DNA of 44,375 nt from Octopus bimaculoides (lineage: Eukaryota), in contig NC_069003.1 of assembly GCF_001194135.2 (NCBI RefSeq), positions 36,172,240 through 36,216,614 on the forward strand, written 5' to 3'. The notes under the pieces are model-generated. The model worked only from the letters and a program-made list of their open reading frames with translations, was not told the DNA's origin and searched no databases. Below, in pieces: positions 22,572 through 35,330 of this stretch; positions within the stretch are counted from its first letter, which is position 1, and every line of letters begins with the position of its first letter. The position numbers and the translations under genes are program-made.

Positions 22572-23431
22572 ACGTATTCCTCGGCCTCACTTAGAACAAG
22601 GCATATGAAAAGGCCGATGAAAAGATGACCAAAAACTCCGTTGAAAATTCCGATCGGAGACACCGTTCCACACAGATGTGTTGCAGCCAAAGGAATAAGC
22701 TCCTTCGTGATTTTGTTGCCAATAATTGTTTCCTTCACCACCCCAACCCCAAAACACACAGACTTCCTAACATTCAGTCACAATACACAAATAGATCCAC
22801 AATTTTTATTGAAATTATAACTGTCATATCATTCTGAATTTTCATAAACCGTTCTTGAAATTTATTAATGTTGACAAATTCCTCATTAATTCTTTTATTA
22901 ATTTTGTTGGATAGTTCCGCCATAATATTTCTGTTCGTCATTAAAATTATTATTGTAATCTTATTCCAGTAAACTAAACGCTGCAAAAAAATGCAGTTTT
23001 TTTTCCTTGCTCCAATTTATTTCTCTTAATTTGAGATTTTCTCTGAACATAGTTATTGTTTCCATTACCGAACCAATGAGTGTTTCATTGCAACCGCGTA
23101 AAGAAATACTTCAGTTATTCAATTTAGAAAAAAAAAAAAAAAAAAATCGCAAAGCAAAGCTAAATGAGAAATCTACACGGAATCTAAGAAACAATGTTTT
23201 AACTTACTTAACCCTCTTTATGCAGCAAAGGCCATCGATGAATCTTCTCGATTAGAGGCGGGGGTTTTTTTTGGCGTGGGTAGGGGTCTGTTTTTCTTCT
23301 CTTCGGTCGTTTTTTTTTTTTCTGGTAGCTTCCTTCCGGATTTTACTGCACCGCATCACATGATTTCCCTCGAGGGAAGGCTTTTCTGTCCCCGGTTTTG
23401 TTGGTTCTGAATTGTCGTCGCTCCTTCTATA

Positions 23432-23606
23432 ACGACGGGCTTCTTTTAGTTTCCGTCTACCATATCCACTCACAAGGCTTTGTTCGGCCCGAGATAATGA
23501 TAGAAGACATTTGCCCAAGGTGCCACGCAGTTGGACTGAACCTACGACCATGTGGTTGGTAAGCAAGCTACTTACCACACAGCCACTCTTGCGCCTATAT
23601 GCATAC
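23432..23606 (-). mobile_element. SINE family A 5' half
   Basis: acgacgggcttc..gtttccgtctacca..ccactcacaaggc..gcccaaggtgccacgcag..aagcaagctacttaccacacagccactc..gcgccta. Confidence 0.9.
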
Positions 23607-24062
23607 ATACATACACACAACTACACGCATACATACATACATACATACATACATACATACATACATACATACATACACATCCGTAAGAGCTGAGAAAGTA
23701 TTACAGACCAACAAAATAAGCAAAATTTTTATTTTATGTCAAATATGTCCGGGTTTGCAAGGTTCATCCCTTGGATGACCTTCGTCCACCAATCTCAAAC
23801 GGTCATTGCTTTGTTGTACATTTTGGGAGAAGCAAAACAGTTCTAAGGACAAACGGTTTATTGTTGTCGTGTCCGANNNNNNNNNNNNNNNNNNNNNNNN
23901 NNNNNNNNNNNNNNNNNNNNNNNNNNNNNNNNNNNNNTGTTTAATCCATTTAGTGAAATTGGGAGCTGGTAGAAGTGTCCATCGTCATCTGGTGTGTGTT
24001 TGGCAGTTGTGGTGGTGATGGTGGCGGTACTGGTGATGGCGATGGTTAAAAACAATCAACAG

Positions 24063-24110
<48 letters not shown>

Positions 24111-25344
24111 GTTAGACAGAAAACAAAATTGTACTGACCCCCGAATGGGAAGACAAAAAATGTTGTTTATCATGCCGCTTTGTAATAAGTTGTAAGTCGA
24201 CATATATCATTGTTTTGATGAAAACTGTTCATTGCTTGAAAAATATTGGTCAGGTTTAATAAAATTTAATAGGTACTCAACGCCCTCCACAGGAACTAGC
24301 TTAAAAACCGCCCCACAGGTTTATTATAAATTTGAATATTTTTCAGCAATAACCGTGTATGTCTGCATGTATATACACACACATATACTTATATATATGT
24401 ACGCATGTATATTTACACACACATATATATATAATATATATCAGACATATATATTTATTTGCATATATGTATGTATGAGTGTATGTATGAGTGTATGTAT
24501 GTCTGTACTTAGAATGTAGGTAGGTTATTACAGATTATGATGTCCTAAAGACTAAGGCCCATAATTATTTGAGAATAAATAGTCTAATATTGTACAAAAA
24601 GAGGTGGGAAAATAAGGCTCTTTAGTTTGAATAAAATGAAACAAAAGGCTAACTGATCCTAACTGAATAAAGGCGTTGAGGATTTCTTTTTGGTGATTTG
24701 TAATTGTTTTATTCCTATCCGCTTCTTAAATTTTATTTAAAAATCTGTTACCGCCGACTTAATATGGCTTTCTTTGTTTGAACTATTTAACCTCGTTTGA
24801 TCCATGTCACATCGGAATTATCGCTATATCGTCTGCTTTCCTTCAATTATCTCTCTGTTACATAAGGCGTCGGTAATGGCAGACGACTAAAATTGATTGA
24901 GAGATTTAGCAGAGGAAGAGTGAGAGTGAAAAGAGATAGAGAGAGATATACAGACAGACAGGGACATACAGAAAAAACAAAGAGAGATGTAGAGGGATAA
25001 TGGGAGAGAAAAAGGGGTAGTTGTGGACGATAATGGATGCGAGGAGAATGATTGAAAAATTAATTTTGCTTTAAAATTTGATTGAAAAGATTGAGTTGGG
25101 AAAGGATAATTTACAAATGAAAAATAATGGAAGGAATAAAAGCGGAAATAATAAATCTAATAATTGATTTTCCATCATCGATGCAAAACCATGAATTTCA
25201 ATGAATCTGTCAACCTTAGTATATTACTAGTGTTTATTTTATCGTAAACTTAAATAGTGATAGGAACAACTGGGTATATCCGACTGAATCAATCCCACTG
25301 AGTGTGTGTTTGTATACATTGTATACACCCACATACACACACAC

Positions 25345-25346
25345 AC

Positions 25347-25425
<79 letters not shown>

Positions 25426-25435
25426 CAGACAGACA
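25345..25435. repeat. (GATA)n microsatellite
   Basis: Direct reading. Confidence 0.98.
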
Positions 25436-25559
25436 CAGAGATAGAGAGATATACATACATATATACAAACGATGATTCTTGAGATTTGAGAAGATTTGTC
25501 GTCACCAAACATCAAAATAAAATACTTGATAACTGAATCAGCAAAGAACAAGCGAAATA

Positions 25560-25872
25560 ATAATAATCCTTTCTTCAATAGACACGGATTTCAAAACAAA
25601 AAAAGATTACAGAATCATATTTCTTCATTCAAAAATAGTGGGAAAATGAACTGGACGACTTTAAATAAGCTAATTTGGAATTTAAAAGATAAAAATACTA
25701 AAATGACAGTAAATGTTTAAAATATAAGTAGAGCTTCATCCGATACTAGTGGTAATCTAAAATACGATCTCTGGCTTGAAGAAATGTTATGTATCCTTAC
25801 CATCAAATATGATTTATTCAACGATGGAAATGAAATGGTGATAAAGTGTTTTCATTTATGTAGAAAAATATT
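25560..25872 (+). mobile_element. Penelope-like element GIY-YIG endonuclease C-terminal relic
   Basis: KRLQNHISSFKNSGKMNWTTLNKLIWNLKDKN..ISRAS..LKYDLWLEEMLCILT..LFNDGNEMVIKCFH resembles the PLE tail RxxNHKxSF..TxLSKYIWxLKD..CxLCLxEKxxI..LLNKRxE..KCRH. Confidence 0.75.
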
Positions 25873-26504
25873 GAAATACTTTCAGTACTTAATATTAGGT
25901 GCAGTTAGCCAGGTTTCGATTTTAACTGAGTTCTCTGGAGGTATCTCCCTGGATTTAAAATCTCTATCCCTTCTTGCGCGTGTATGTATGTAAGAATGTA
26001 TGTATGTATGTATGTATGTATGTATGTACGACCGAACGAACGTACATACGTATGTGTGTATGTATGTATACTTCGACAGAAAGGATTAAGAGAGGAAAAG
26101 AAACGGAGAATATATATGTTGTTGTATTTGGGAGGGCCATTACGCCAATGATAAACACGTCCTTATTATTAGTCAATGGGTTATTTAACTAACTAATTGA
26201 CTGTTTGCTTAATGAGTTGGTTAAACAATCAACGAGTTGTTTGTGGAAATCCTTTCATTGCCATTCGCGACTTCAGGTCTTCTTAACATAATCACCCTCT
26301 GTTGATACAACACAATTTGTTTCAATACATAAGAATCTTGCAAACCAAATGCAAAAACGAAATATGTCTGCATGGATGGATGGATGAATGGATGGATGGA
26401 TGGATGGAGAAAAATCTGTATGTATGTATCAAGGTGAGATTTTTTTATTTCTCGTTGTGTAATTCAAAGGAGTTGCAGACGACAAACATCGTTCCTAATT
26501 CAGA

Positions 26505-26700
26505 TAGAAGGCCAGCACTTTTTGGTGGAAGGGGTTTGTTCTTATTATCGATCCTAGTACTAGACTGGTCCTTCATTTCATCGATCTCAGAGGGGTGAAA
26601 GACAATGTCAACTTGGGCGGGATTAGAACTCAGAACGTAGAGCCAGAACTGCCAATCCTTTTAGCCGATGCTCCATCGATCCTGCCACCTCGTCACTTAT
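26505..26700 (-). mobile_element. SINE family B, diverged copy
   Basis: atcgatcctagtactagactggt..atcgatctcagaggggtgaaagacaatgtcaacttgggcgggattagaactcagaacgta matches 19250-19477. Confidence 0.75.
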
Positions 26701-26894
26701 TAAGCTATTAAAAGGAAAGCGAGAGAATGCGTTGGAAAGAACCGTCTGCCCTTCCATACATTTTCTATTTCTTCATGTAGCAAAGAAGTAGGGTTGTAAT
26801 CATGTTGTAAACTGAAATTACACAGGAAACCTTAAACATTTCAAACACAAATTTATTAAGGCCCTGCAAATCTCACGCTCTCAATCATTATTAT

Positions 26895-26917
26895 TATCAT
26901 CGTCGTCGTCGTCGTCG

Positions 26918-26964
<47 letters not shown>

Positions 26965-27245
26965 GCTGCTGCTATGTTGCAACGTTCAGCTCCAGCACTG
27001 AATAAACCTTCATTAATGATATTATCATCGGACAGATCCTCTTAATCATCACTTTTCGTAATTATAGGTTGTTGCACATCATCTGCTGCTGCTTCATCAT
27101 CATCGTCATCATCATCATAAACATCATAATCATCATTACCATCATCACCATCATCATCATCCTCCTCCTCATCATCATCATTACCAGCACCATTACTACC
27201 ACCACGGTCATCGTCATTGTCATCATCATCATCATCATCACACTG
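26895..27245. repeat. (GTT)n and (ATC)n trinucleotide runs
   Basis: Direct reading. Confidence 0.95.
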
Positions 27246-27534
27246 ATAAATATTCCTCTTCTCTTCCATCCATTACACGTTTCTTCAATGATTTCATAAT
27301 AATTCCAGCTTTTATTTCCTGAGCGATCCTCGTCCTCCTTCGAAACAGAGGAGCCCCCACATACTGCAACCCCAGCCCCCTGCCCTCTTCTTTCTCCCTC
27401 GCTCCTCCATTGACTTGGTTTCATCGTCACCGTGCTCGTGAATGGTCTTCTGACGCCAACAGCCATTGCTGACGAAACAAGTCAACCGAGGGTTACAGCC
27501 AGATTCCGATTCTGTCGATGCAACATCATCTTTT

Positions 27535-27730
27535 ATTTGTTTCGGTCATTGGGTCACGGCCATGCTGCAGCATAGTCTTGAAGGGTTTAATCGAACGATT
27601 CTACCTCAGTAATTATTCTATAGACATCTTATGCCGAACCGCTAAGTTACGACGACATAAACAAACCAACACCAAGGTGTCAAGCGATCTGTGGGACAAA
27701 CGCAAGCACAATGACGCACACACATCCATA
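27535..27730 (-). mobile_element. SINE family A 3' half
   Basis: tgtttcggtcatt..cggccatgctg..gccgaaccgctaagttacg..tcaagcgat..gggacaaac. Confidence 0.8.
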
Positions 27731-27909
27731 CGTGCCATGCAGATGGAATGAAGTTCTAGAAAGCAATGGAAGTTTCGGTAACGAATAAATATTGTCTTCA
27801 TCCTGGGTTTTTTCCTTTCTAATAGAGACCTTAAAATTGGCCATTACCTTTGCAATATGCAAATATTTGTATACACACACACACATATGTATATATATAT
27901 ATATATATG

Positions 27910-28046
27910 CATATGACAGGCTTCTTTCAGTTTCCGCCCACCAAGTCCACTCACAGGACTTTAGTTAGCTCGAGTCTATGGTAGAAGACACTTGCCCAAG
28001 GTGGCATAGAGTGGGACTGAACCAGGAACCATGTTGTTGGGAAGCA
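27910..28046 (-). mobile_element. SINE family A 5' half
   Basis: ggcttctttcagtttccg..ccactcaca..tagaagacacttgcccaaggtg..gtgggactgaaccaggaaccatgt. Confidence 0.88.
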
Positions 28047-28199
28047 AATCGAATCCTCGATGTGAACTTGCTGTGGAAGTTAACTCCCTTTCTTTCTAGC
28101 GTTAATTGCCCTGAGTGAAAGGCATGAACATCACAACCTCCCGTGAGACGTTGTCACGAAACAAGGTTTCTGTTGGTTGTTTGAAATGGGATGAATGAA

Positions 28200-28490
28200 G
28201 AAAACGAAAGAGTGTTTTTAATGAAGGAATGAAGTAACAACCTTGTGAACGAACGAATAAGTAAACCGACCAATGAATGAATGAATGAATAAAAGAACAA
28301 ACGAATGAGTGAGTGAATGAATGAATGAATGAATGAGTGAAAGAACAATTGAATGAATGAATGAAGGAAGGAAGGAGTAAACAAATGAATGAACGAATGA
28401 ATTAATGAATGAAATATTGAATGAACGAATGAATTGAATGATGAACAATTGGTTAAACGAACGAACAATGAGTGAATGAATTACGAATTA
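28200..28490. repeat. Degenerate (TGAA)n tetranucleotide array
   Basis: Direct reading. Confidence 0.92.
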
Positions 28491-28499
28491 GCACACAAT

Positions 28500-28741
28500 C
28501 TTTCTCTTTCTTTCAATCTCTTTCAATCTCTTTCAATTTCTTTCTCTCTCTCTCTCTCTCTCTCACCCTTTCTTCCTCTCTTTGCCTCTCTCCCTCTTTC
28601 TCTCTATCCCTCTTTCTCTCTCCCTCTCTTTCTCTCTCCCTCTTTCTCTTTCACTTTCTTTTTCTCTCTCTTACGCACACGGAAGCGCAAACACACAGAC
28701 ACACTCGTTCAAGCAGCATCATACCTCGGAAACTTGTAGAA

Positions 28742-28786
<45 letters not shown>

Positions 28787-29191
28787 CACAGCCATGCACA
28801 CACATGCGCAAACACACGCACACACACACGCATACACACACACATACACACACACACACATACGCACGCATCTGCCCACATTGATAGACTCATTGCAAAT
28901 ACTTGCGCTGTGACACAACTCAACATACTCACTGACCTACTGACTCTCTCTCTCACACACACACACATAGTAACCCCCCCCCCACACACACACACACTGA
29001 TGCACACANNNNNNNNNNTAGTAACCCCCCCCCCACACACACACACACTGATGCACACAGAAATACACCCATAAAACGTGCGCAATACCTGAACGCACAC
29101 ACACACACACGTACACATTGACAATAGATCCACACCGATTCACATACATGAAGGAATACTTAAAAACGCACACAATACCCGCGCGCACACA

Positions 29192-29223
<32 letters not shown>

Positions 29224-29490
29224 TACACATACACGTGCACTAGAACACTCCCCCAATACATACCTATACGCGCATACTAGCATCAAAGCATGCACTCATA
29301 CAGGTACACACACACACACACACACACTAATACACACCTGCACGCACACACTGACACACACGGGTATTACCACGCGCGCACGCACGCTGACACACTGACA
29401 CACACGCAGTGACACACTGACACATACTCACTGACGCGCGCACCTACACACACACACACGCACACGCGCACTGACATACTGACACACTGT
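28500..29490. repeat. (CT)n then (CA)n-rich low-complexity field
   Basis: Direct reading. Confidence 0.93.
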
Positions 29491-29989
29491 TCCGCAGCTG
29501 CCAACACAGCAAACTCCATGTTACGCTATAAAATTGCCTCACAGCCATTTTAGCTCATCTTCGCCATATTGCCTCTTCGCTNNNNNNNNNNNNNNNNNNN
29601 NNNNNNNNNNNNNNNNNNNNNNNNNNNNNNNNNNNNNNNNNNNNNNNNNNNNNNNNNNNNNNNNNNNNNNNNNNNNNNNNNNNNNNNNNNNNNNNNNNNN
29701 NNNNNNNNNNNNNNNNNNNNNNNNNNNNNNNNNNNNNNNNNNNNNNNNNNNNNNNNNNNNNNNNNNNNNNNNNNNNNNNNNNNNNNNNNNNNNNNNNNNN
29801 NNNNNNNNNNNNNNCAACCACTATTACCACCACCACCACCACCACCCGTAACCAAACGACCACTACTAACACCACCACCACCACCACCGCCACCGCCACC
29901 ACCACCACCTCCATCTCTATATCTTCCCCTTCACCCATTCTATCGATTATTCCATTTCCCTGCTGCTACCGCTGCTGCTGCTGCTGTTA

Positions 29990-30307
29990 TTCCACCTTTT
30001 ATTACTCGGATGCACCTTCATTCATTCTCTACCCCTTTTCTTTCTTCTCTCATTCATTCATTCAATCCTATTTGCATTCATTCAACTCTCTTCCCTTCGC
30101 CCTTTCACTGTATTCATCTATTCTCATTCTTCCTTTCATCTTCTCTACCCCCTTCCTCCTCCTCCTCCTCCTCCTGCTCTCCCTTCTCTCCGGCACCCCT
30201 AACCCTCATCCACTCTCTCTCTCTCATTCACTTTCCAATTCATTCACTTATCTTGTTTCAAAGGAATTTTTCTATCATCCCTTTTCTCTTATTCCATTCT
30301 TCCATTC

Positions 30308-30344
<37 letters not shown>

Positions 30345-31310
30345 ATACACCCCGTATCATTGCACTCATTCATTCATTCCTTCCAATTTCTCTTCAATCC
30401 TTTCTCTTATTCTTCGTTCGATCTACTCTTATTCACCCACAAGCTATATTTCACGGCATTCATTCATTCTTATTGTCTTTCATCTTTCTCACTCATTCTT
30501 TCGTTCCCCTCTCGTTCAATCAGTCGCCATAGTTTCATGGCATTCGTTCATTCATTCATTCCTATTGTTTTTTCTATTTTCTATTATTCACTTTTCTCTT
30601 ACCCTTTCTTTCTTTCTCATTTTTCCTTGATTTTACGACACTCATTCATTGATTTACTTCTTCTCTCTTATTCTCTTTCGTTCTCCCTACCTTCACTCAA
30701 CAGCATTCATTCTTTCTTATTTTTCTCGTTCTTCTCTCATTCATTCAATGCTTCTTCACCATATTTCATTGTTTTCATTCTCCCAAAACCTTTTTCTTTG
30801 GATTTATTTCTCAATCTCCCTTCTCTCATTCACTTATTCATTCCTCACCATTCTTCAGTCACTCATTATTAGTTCATTCATTCCCCATCATCTTGTGACA
30901 TTCATTCATCTTTGTTCCTTCTATTATTCATTCATTCCTTGTCTTATTTCTTTGTATTCCTTCATTTTTTCATTTTCTTATTTCCCGTTTTACCTCTTTA
31001 TTCGTCCACTATTCATTCATTCATTTCAATCACTCTTTCTAATTTCTTTCCCACTCATTCATTCATTTCATTCGTCCTCAACTTACATCATTACCTTTAT
31101 TCATTCACATTCATTCATTCTCCCATTAATCCTTCTTTTCATTCAACCTTTCCTCATCTCATTTTTGCTTCCCATTATTCGCTCATCGACCTCATTCAAT
31201 CGCTTATTCAGCTTATTTCATCGAAGTCATTCATTATTCTTCATTCTCACTTTCATTCATCGATTCATTCAAAACCCTAATTCTTAATCTCTTTCCTCTG
31301 TCCATTCATT
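29990..31310. repeat. Long degenerate (TTCA)n/pyrimidine-rich array
   Basis: About 1.3 kb of TCAT/TTCA-derived sequence. Source of the F/S/H/I/L-rich ORFs. Confidence 0.92.
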
Positions 31311-31530
31311 CATTACAGCCTTCACCCACCTCTGTACACACACACACACACGCACACACACATTTATATATGCGTGTGTGTACGTATGTATATAGATCGA
31401 TAGATGGATACATAGATACATAGATAGATAGATCGATAGATAGACAGATAGACGTATGCAAATATATTTATGCATGTATGCACACACATATATATTTATA
31501 TATATATACATAAACATATGTAAGTATATA

Positions 31531-31997
31531 CGCACACACACACACACACCATACCATTGAGAGATCCCTTCAGTCATTCATTAAAAGGAACCCCTCCTTT
31601 CTTCCCTCGTTCCCTCTCGTTCCCTTCTTTCATTTCTCCAATTCTTCATTCCTTCTCTCTTTCACTCATTGCAACCTGCTTTACTTTCCGCTTCACTGGT
31701 TCAACACTACTACCTAGCCACCACCACTACCACCACCACCACCACCACCCTGCCGTACCACCTTCACCTTTCTACACCCCACCCCGCACTCTTTCTCGAT
31801 GCAATCAAACACGCACACACACACACACACCATACCATTGAGAGATCCCTTCAGTCATTCATTAAAAGGAACCCCTCCTTTCTTCCCTCGTTCCCTCTCG
31901 TTCCCTTCTTTCATTTCTCCAATTCTTCATTCCTTCTCTCTTTCACTCATTGCAACCTGCTTTACTTTCCGCTTCACTGGTTCAACACTACTACCTA
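31531..31997. repeat. Identical tandem duplication (period about 281 bp) abutting a gap
   Basis: ccataccattgagagatccc...acactactaccta occurs at 31549 and again at 31830 with no visible mismatch. Confidence 0.9.
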
Positions 31998-32446
31998 NNN
32001 NNNNNNNNNNNNNNNNNNNNNNNNNNNNNNNNNNNNNNNNNNNNNNNNNNNNNNNNNNNTATATATATATATATATATTTATATAATTATATATATATAC
32101 ATATATATAATTATATATATATGTATATATATATAATTATATATATATGTATGTATGTACATAACACATGCGTCACATGCGTGCATATTATCACACACAC
32201 AGACGCAAGCACATGTACATAGGCATATATTATTTTGGCACTGCACTGTACATTATGCAATTTATTCCTCCTACACAAGTGCTCGCACACACATACACAC
32301 ACGCACGCACACACACACACATATATATATATATACGTATATACCCGTACACACAAACACATATTCATATACGTATATACCCGCGCGTACACACACACAC
32401 ACACGCTCGCACACCCCTCTAAGCATCTAACATGACAATTTTCCAG

Positions 32447-32587
32447 TGCATGGCTGCGGCTGCAAGTGTGAAAAGAGTGAACAGGAGACTCTCTGTGTCT
32501 GTGTGTCCGTGTGTGGAAACCCTGAGGATATGAGATCACCGACCATGGAAATTGATTGGAACAATTATAGAAACGCAAACCAATTCT
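32447..32587 (+). CDS. Candidate symmetric (phase 1-1) 141-nt exon; product unknown
   Basis: ctaac branch-like site, ttttccag| acceptor, open frame HGCGCKCEKSEQETLCVCVSVCGNPEDMRSPTMEIDWNNYRNANQF and T|gtatgt donor. Confidence 0.22.
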
Positions 32588-32675
32588 GTATGTTGTCATA
32601 TGATGTAAAGTGTTTGAACCCCCACCCACCCACCAACTGCAATATGTACATGCATATGTGCGTGTGTGAATATGC

Positions 32676-32715
<40 letters not shown>

Positions 32716-32806
32716 GTACGTGTGAGTGTATATGTGTGTGTCTATGTATGTGTGTGTGTGTATATATATTTATTTATTTATTTATTTATTTGTAAGGGGT
32801 GGTGTA

Positions 32807-32838
<32 letters not shown>

Positions 32839-32925
32839 GTTTATATCTAAATATACATACATACGTACATATGTGTGTTTGTATATATACATATATATAT
32901 ATATCTACGTATGTATATGTAAAGT

Positions 32926-32978
<53 letters not shown>

Positions 32979-33094
32979 GCATTGAATAGATGAGTAATGT
33001 TCTAGTTTTAATATTTTAGTGTTTTTTTAATATTTAATAAAGTAATTTACGTTTCCGTTTGAGCAATAATGCTCCTAAATTCATCATAATCAGT

Positions 33095-33213
33095 GTTTCT
33101 AGACTTTCATAACCCCATCATCAGGCTGTTGTTGGTGTATATATAACTGCCTTGTTTTATGGTAGACAAATATGATTTCTGCAGACTTTATGAGACCGTG
33201 AAAGTCTAGAAAC
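33095..33213. repeat. 15-bp perfect inverted repeat with a hammerhead-like core on the minus strand
   Basis: GTTTCTAGACTTTCA (33095-33109) / TGAAAGTCTAGAAAC (33199-33213). The minus strand reads CTGATGA-TGGGG-TTATGAAA-GTCTA-GAAAC. Confidence 0.55.
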
Positions 33214-33884
33214 GTTCATTCTGATGTATTTAGGAATTTTATTGTTCCAATAAAAACTGTAAGGGACTGAAATGAAATATGAAAACCTATATTTAAAAAG
33301 CTAAAACTAAAACAGTGGCATGTGTTTAATACATGGGATCTGAAAGAAATTCTGTTCCCATATATATGAATATATATATATAATATATGTACATTTATAT
33401 GTATCCATGTATATATATACATATATNNNNNNNNNNNNNNNNNNNNNNNNNNNNNNNNNNNNNNNNNNNNNNNNNNNNNNNNNNNNNNNNNNNNNNNNNN
33501 NNNNNNNNNNNNNNNNNNNNNNNNNNNNNNNNNNNNNNNNNNNNNNNNNNNNNNNNNNNNNNNNNNNNNNNNNNTGTATGAATATATATACATATACATA
33601 CATGCATACACACGCCCGCGTTCGGTTGAGCAAACTAAAACAAAAGGTGCTCCGATTATAATTATGAGGGACGCTTTCGGCCCTATAAAACTCAGGTCAG
33701 TAACTGCCTACCAACAAACTTTCTCATAATATTCACAAAGACAATCAATTTACTTAATTTTTATAACTTAGCAATTTTGATTTTGTAATTTTATTTTCAT
33801 AAAAGCTTTAAAGTTATATAATTTTTATTATTCTATAATTAATATACTTTATATTATTTTTAAAATCTTTTACTAAAGTGCTTT

Positions 33885-34200
33885 TATTGGAAGGCAGGGT
33901 TCTTTAACTAAACAATTAATCCTGAGTGATATCTTGATATTTTGAAAGAGCAAATTGCAGATGGATATCATGCGACTTCGTCTTGAATAAGAACAAATCT
34001 GCTCCTCGATATCGGACCGTTGCATCTCGCAATTAGTTGACTGGAACGTTTTCAGCAAGATATATCAATTTTACATCATCAGTTATTTCATGCCCTGCTA
34101 GGTTAGCCAGATCTTTGGCCCCGTTATCCTTTCCACGTCAGTGGTCTACAGAATTATGAAAAGTAGTTCTGCAGGTTAAGCGCACAGAAACTACGTTGGT
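33885..34200 (+). mobile_element. Decayed Tc1/mariner transposase fragment
   Basis: FFN*TINPE*YLDILKEQ...ERFQQD...LWPRYP resembles FFxxTVNxxxYLxML..FQQDGA..WPPRSPD. Confidence 0.45.
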
Positions 34201-34589
34201 TCTGGACCCATGAGCTGTCGATAGGTTTTTCCATATCGTTTTGTACTCTTCCGTTAACAGTTTCCATATTATCTCACGTTTAATTACATATACGTACTCA
34301 CTCTCTCTTTCCCCCTTCTCCCCCCTCTCTCTCTCACACACACATACGAACGTACACACACATATAACAGTACTCAATATACTCAAGTATATCGGAGAAG
34401 TGTGAATATAGAAATAAGTGGATACGTATGTGTGATAAACACTGCTTATCGCATACACGCACACTACTTGCATACATATATACATTCATACACACAGGTA
34501 CGTACACACAGCTGTTACATGCACACACACACACACACACACGTATTATCCAATCTGTGAATGGACTCACTTCCTCTGGTGCCAGGCGT

Positions 34590-35330
34590 TCGTTATTACA
34601 CGACATTCTCCACTTCGCACGCTCTCTTTCTCCTTTCTCTCCCTCTCCATTTACTCTCTATCTGTCACTCTCTACTCCACTCCCTCTCTCTTTCCAATCG
34701 ATCTCTCACTTACACCTCTCCCCCCTTACTCTTCTCCCACTCCATCGTCATACTTACCTCCCTCCCTCGCTCTACCTCACTTCTCTCTCTCTCTATCTTT
34801 CTCACTCTTTATCCCTCTCTATTTCTTTCTCTTTCTCCATTTCTAACCCCCCCTCTTTCTCTCTCTCTCATCCCACCACTACCACCTTACTACCATTACC
34901 TCCACTGCCACCACCACCCCTAATACCCCTACTATGAATATTACCACAACTATTAAGCGCTACTGTTACTACTACCACCACTACAACCGCCTCAACCATC
35001 ACTACCGCCACCACCACCACTACCACCAAAACTAAACAACTATCGGTACTACTACTACCACTGCTACAACCACCACAACCACAACCACAGCTATCACCAC
35101 CACTACTATTGCTACCACCCTTACAACCACCGCTACCACCAAAACTATATAACTATGAGTACCACCACTACCACAACCCCCACCACTGACCACAAACCTC
35201 ACCACTACAACCCCCACAACCACAACCCACCACCACCACCGCAATCCCCAACCATTACCACCAAAATTACACAACTATCAGTGTCACCCCATCACCACCA
35301 CCACCACCACCACCTCTACCAGTACCCGTA
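34590..35330. repeat. CT-rich then (ACC/ACT)n low-complexity field
   Basis: Direct reading. Confidence 0.92.

Noticed and set aside
22595-22830. Open frames on both strands (NKAYEKADEKMTKNSVENSD.. ; KELIPLAATHLCGTVSPIGIFNG..)
   Set aside because: No recognisable homology and weak splice sites.
23225-23280. Possible small exon KAIDESSRLEAGVFFGV
   Set aside because: Ambiguous acceptor and donor, with competing signals on the opposite strand and no homology.
27760-27806. Minus-strand AGGATGA..CCGAAACTTCC hammerhead look-alike
   Set aside because: Two core mismatches and no stem I or III.
28131-28150. TCACAACCTCC match to the miR-67/miR-307 5' end
   Set aside because: The 3' half diverges and there is no complementary precursor arm at the proper distance.
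29569-31287. 353-, 266- and 212-aa hydrophobic ORFs
   Set aside because: Products of the stop-poor (TTCA)n/pyrimidine array, not membrane proteins.
33660-33697. Minus-strand CTGACCTGA..GGGCCGAAAGCGTC hammerhead look-alike
   Set aside because: The core has an insertion and stem II and stem I do not pair.
34044-34082. Minus-strand CTGATGA..GAAAACGTTC with palindromic AACGTT
   Set aside because: No stem I, and it lies antisense to the FQQD codons of a transposase relic, so it is probably coincidental.
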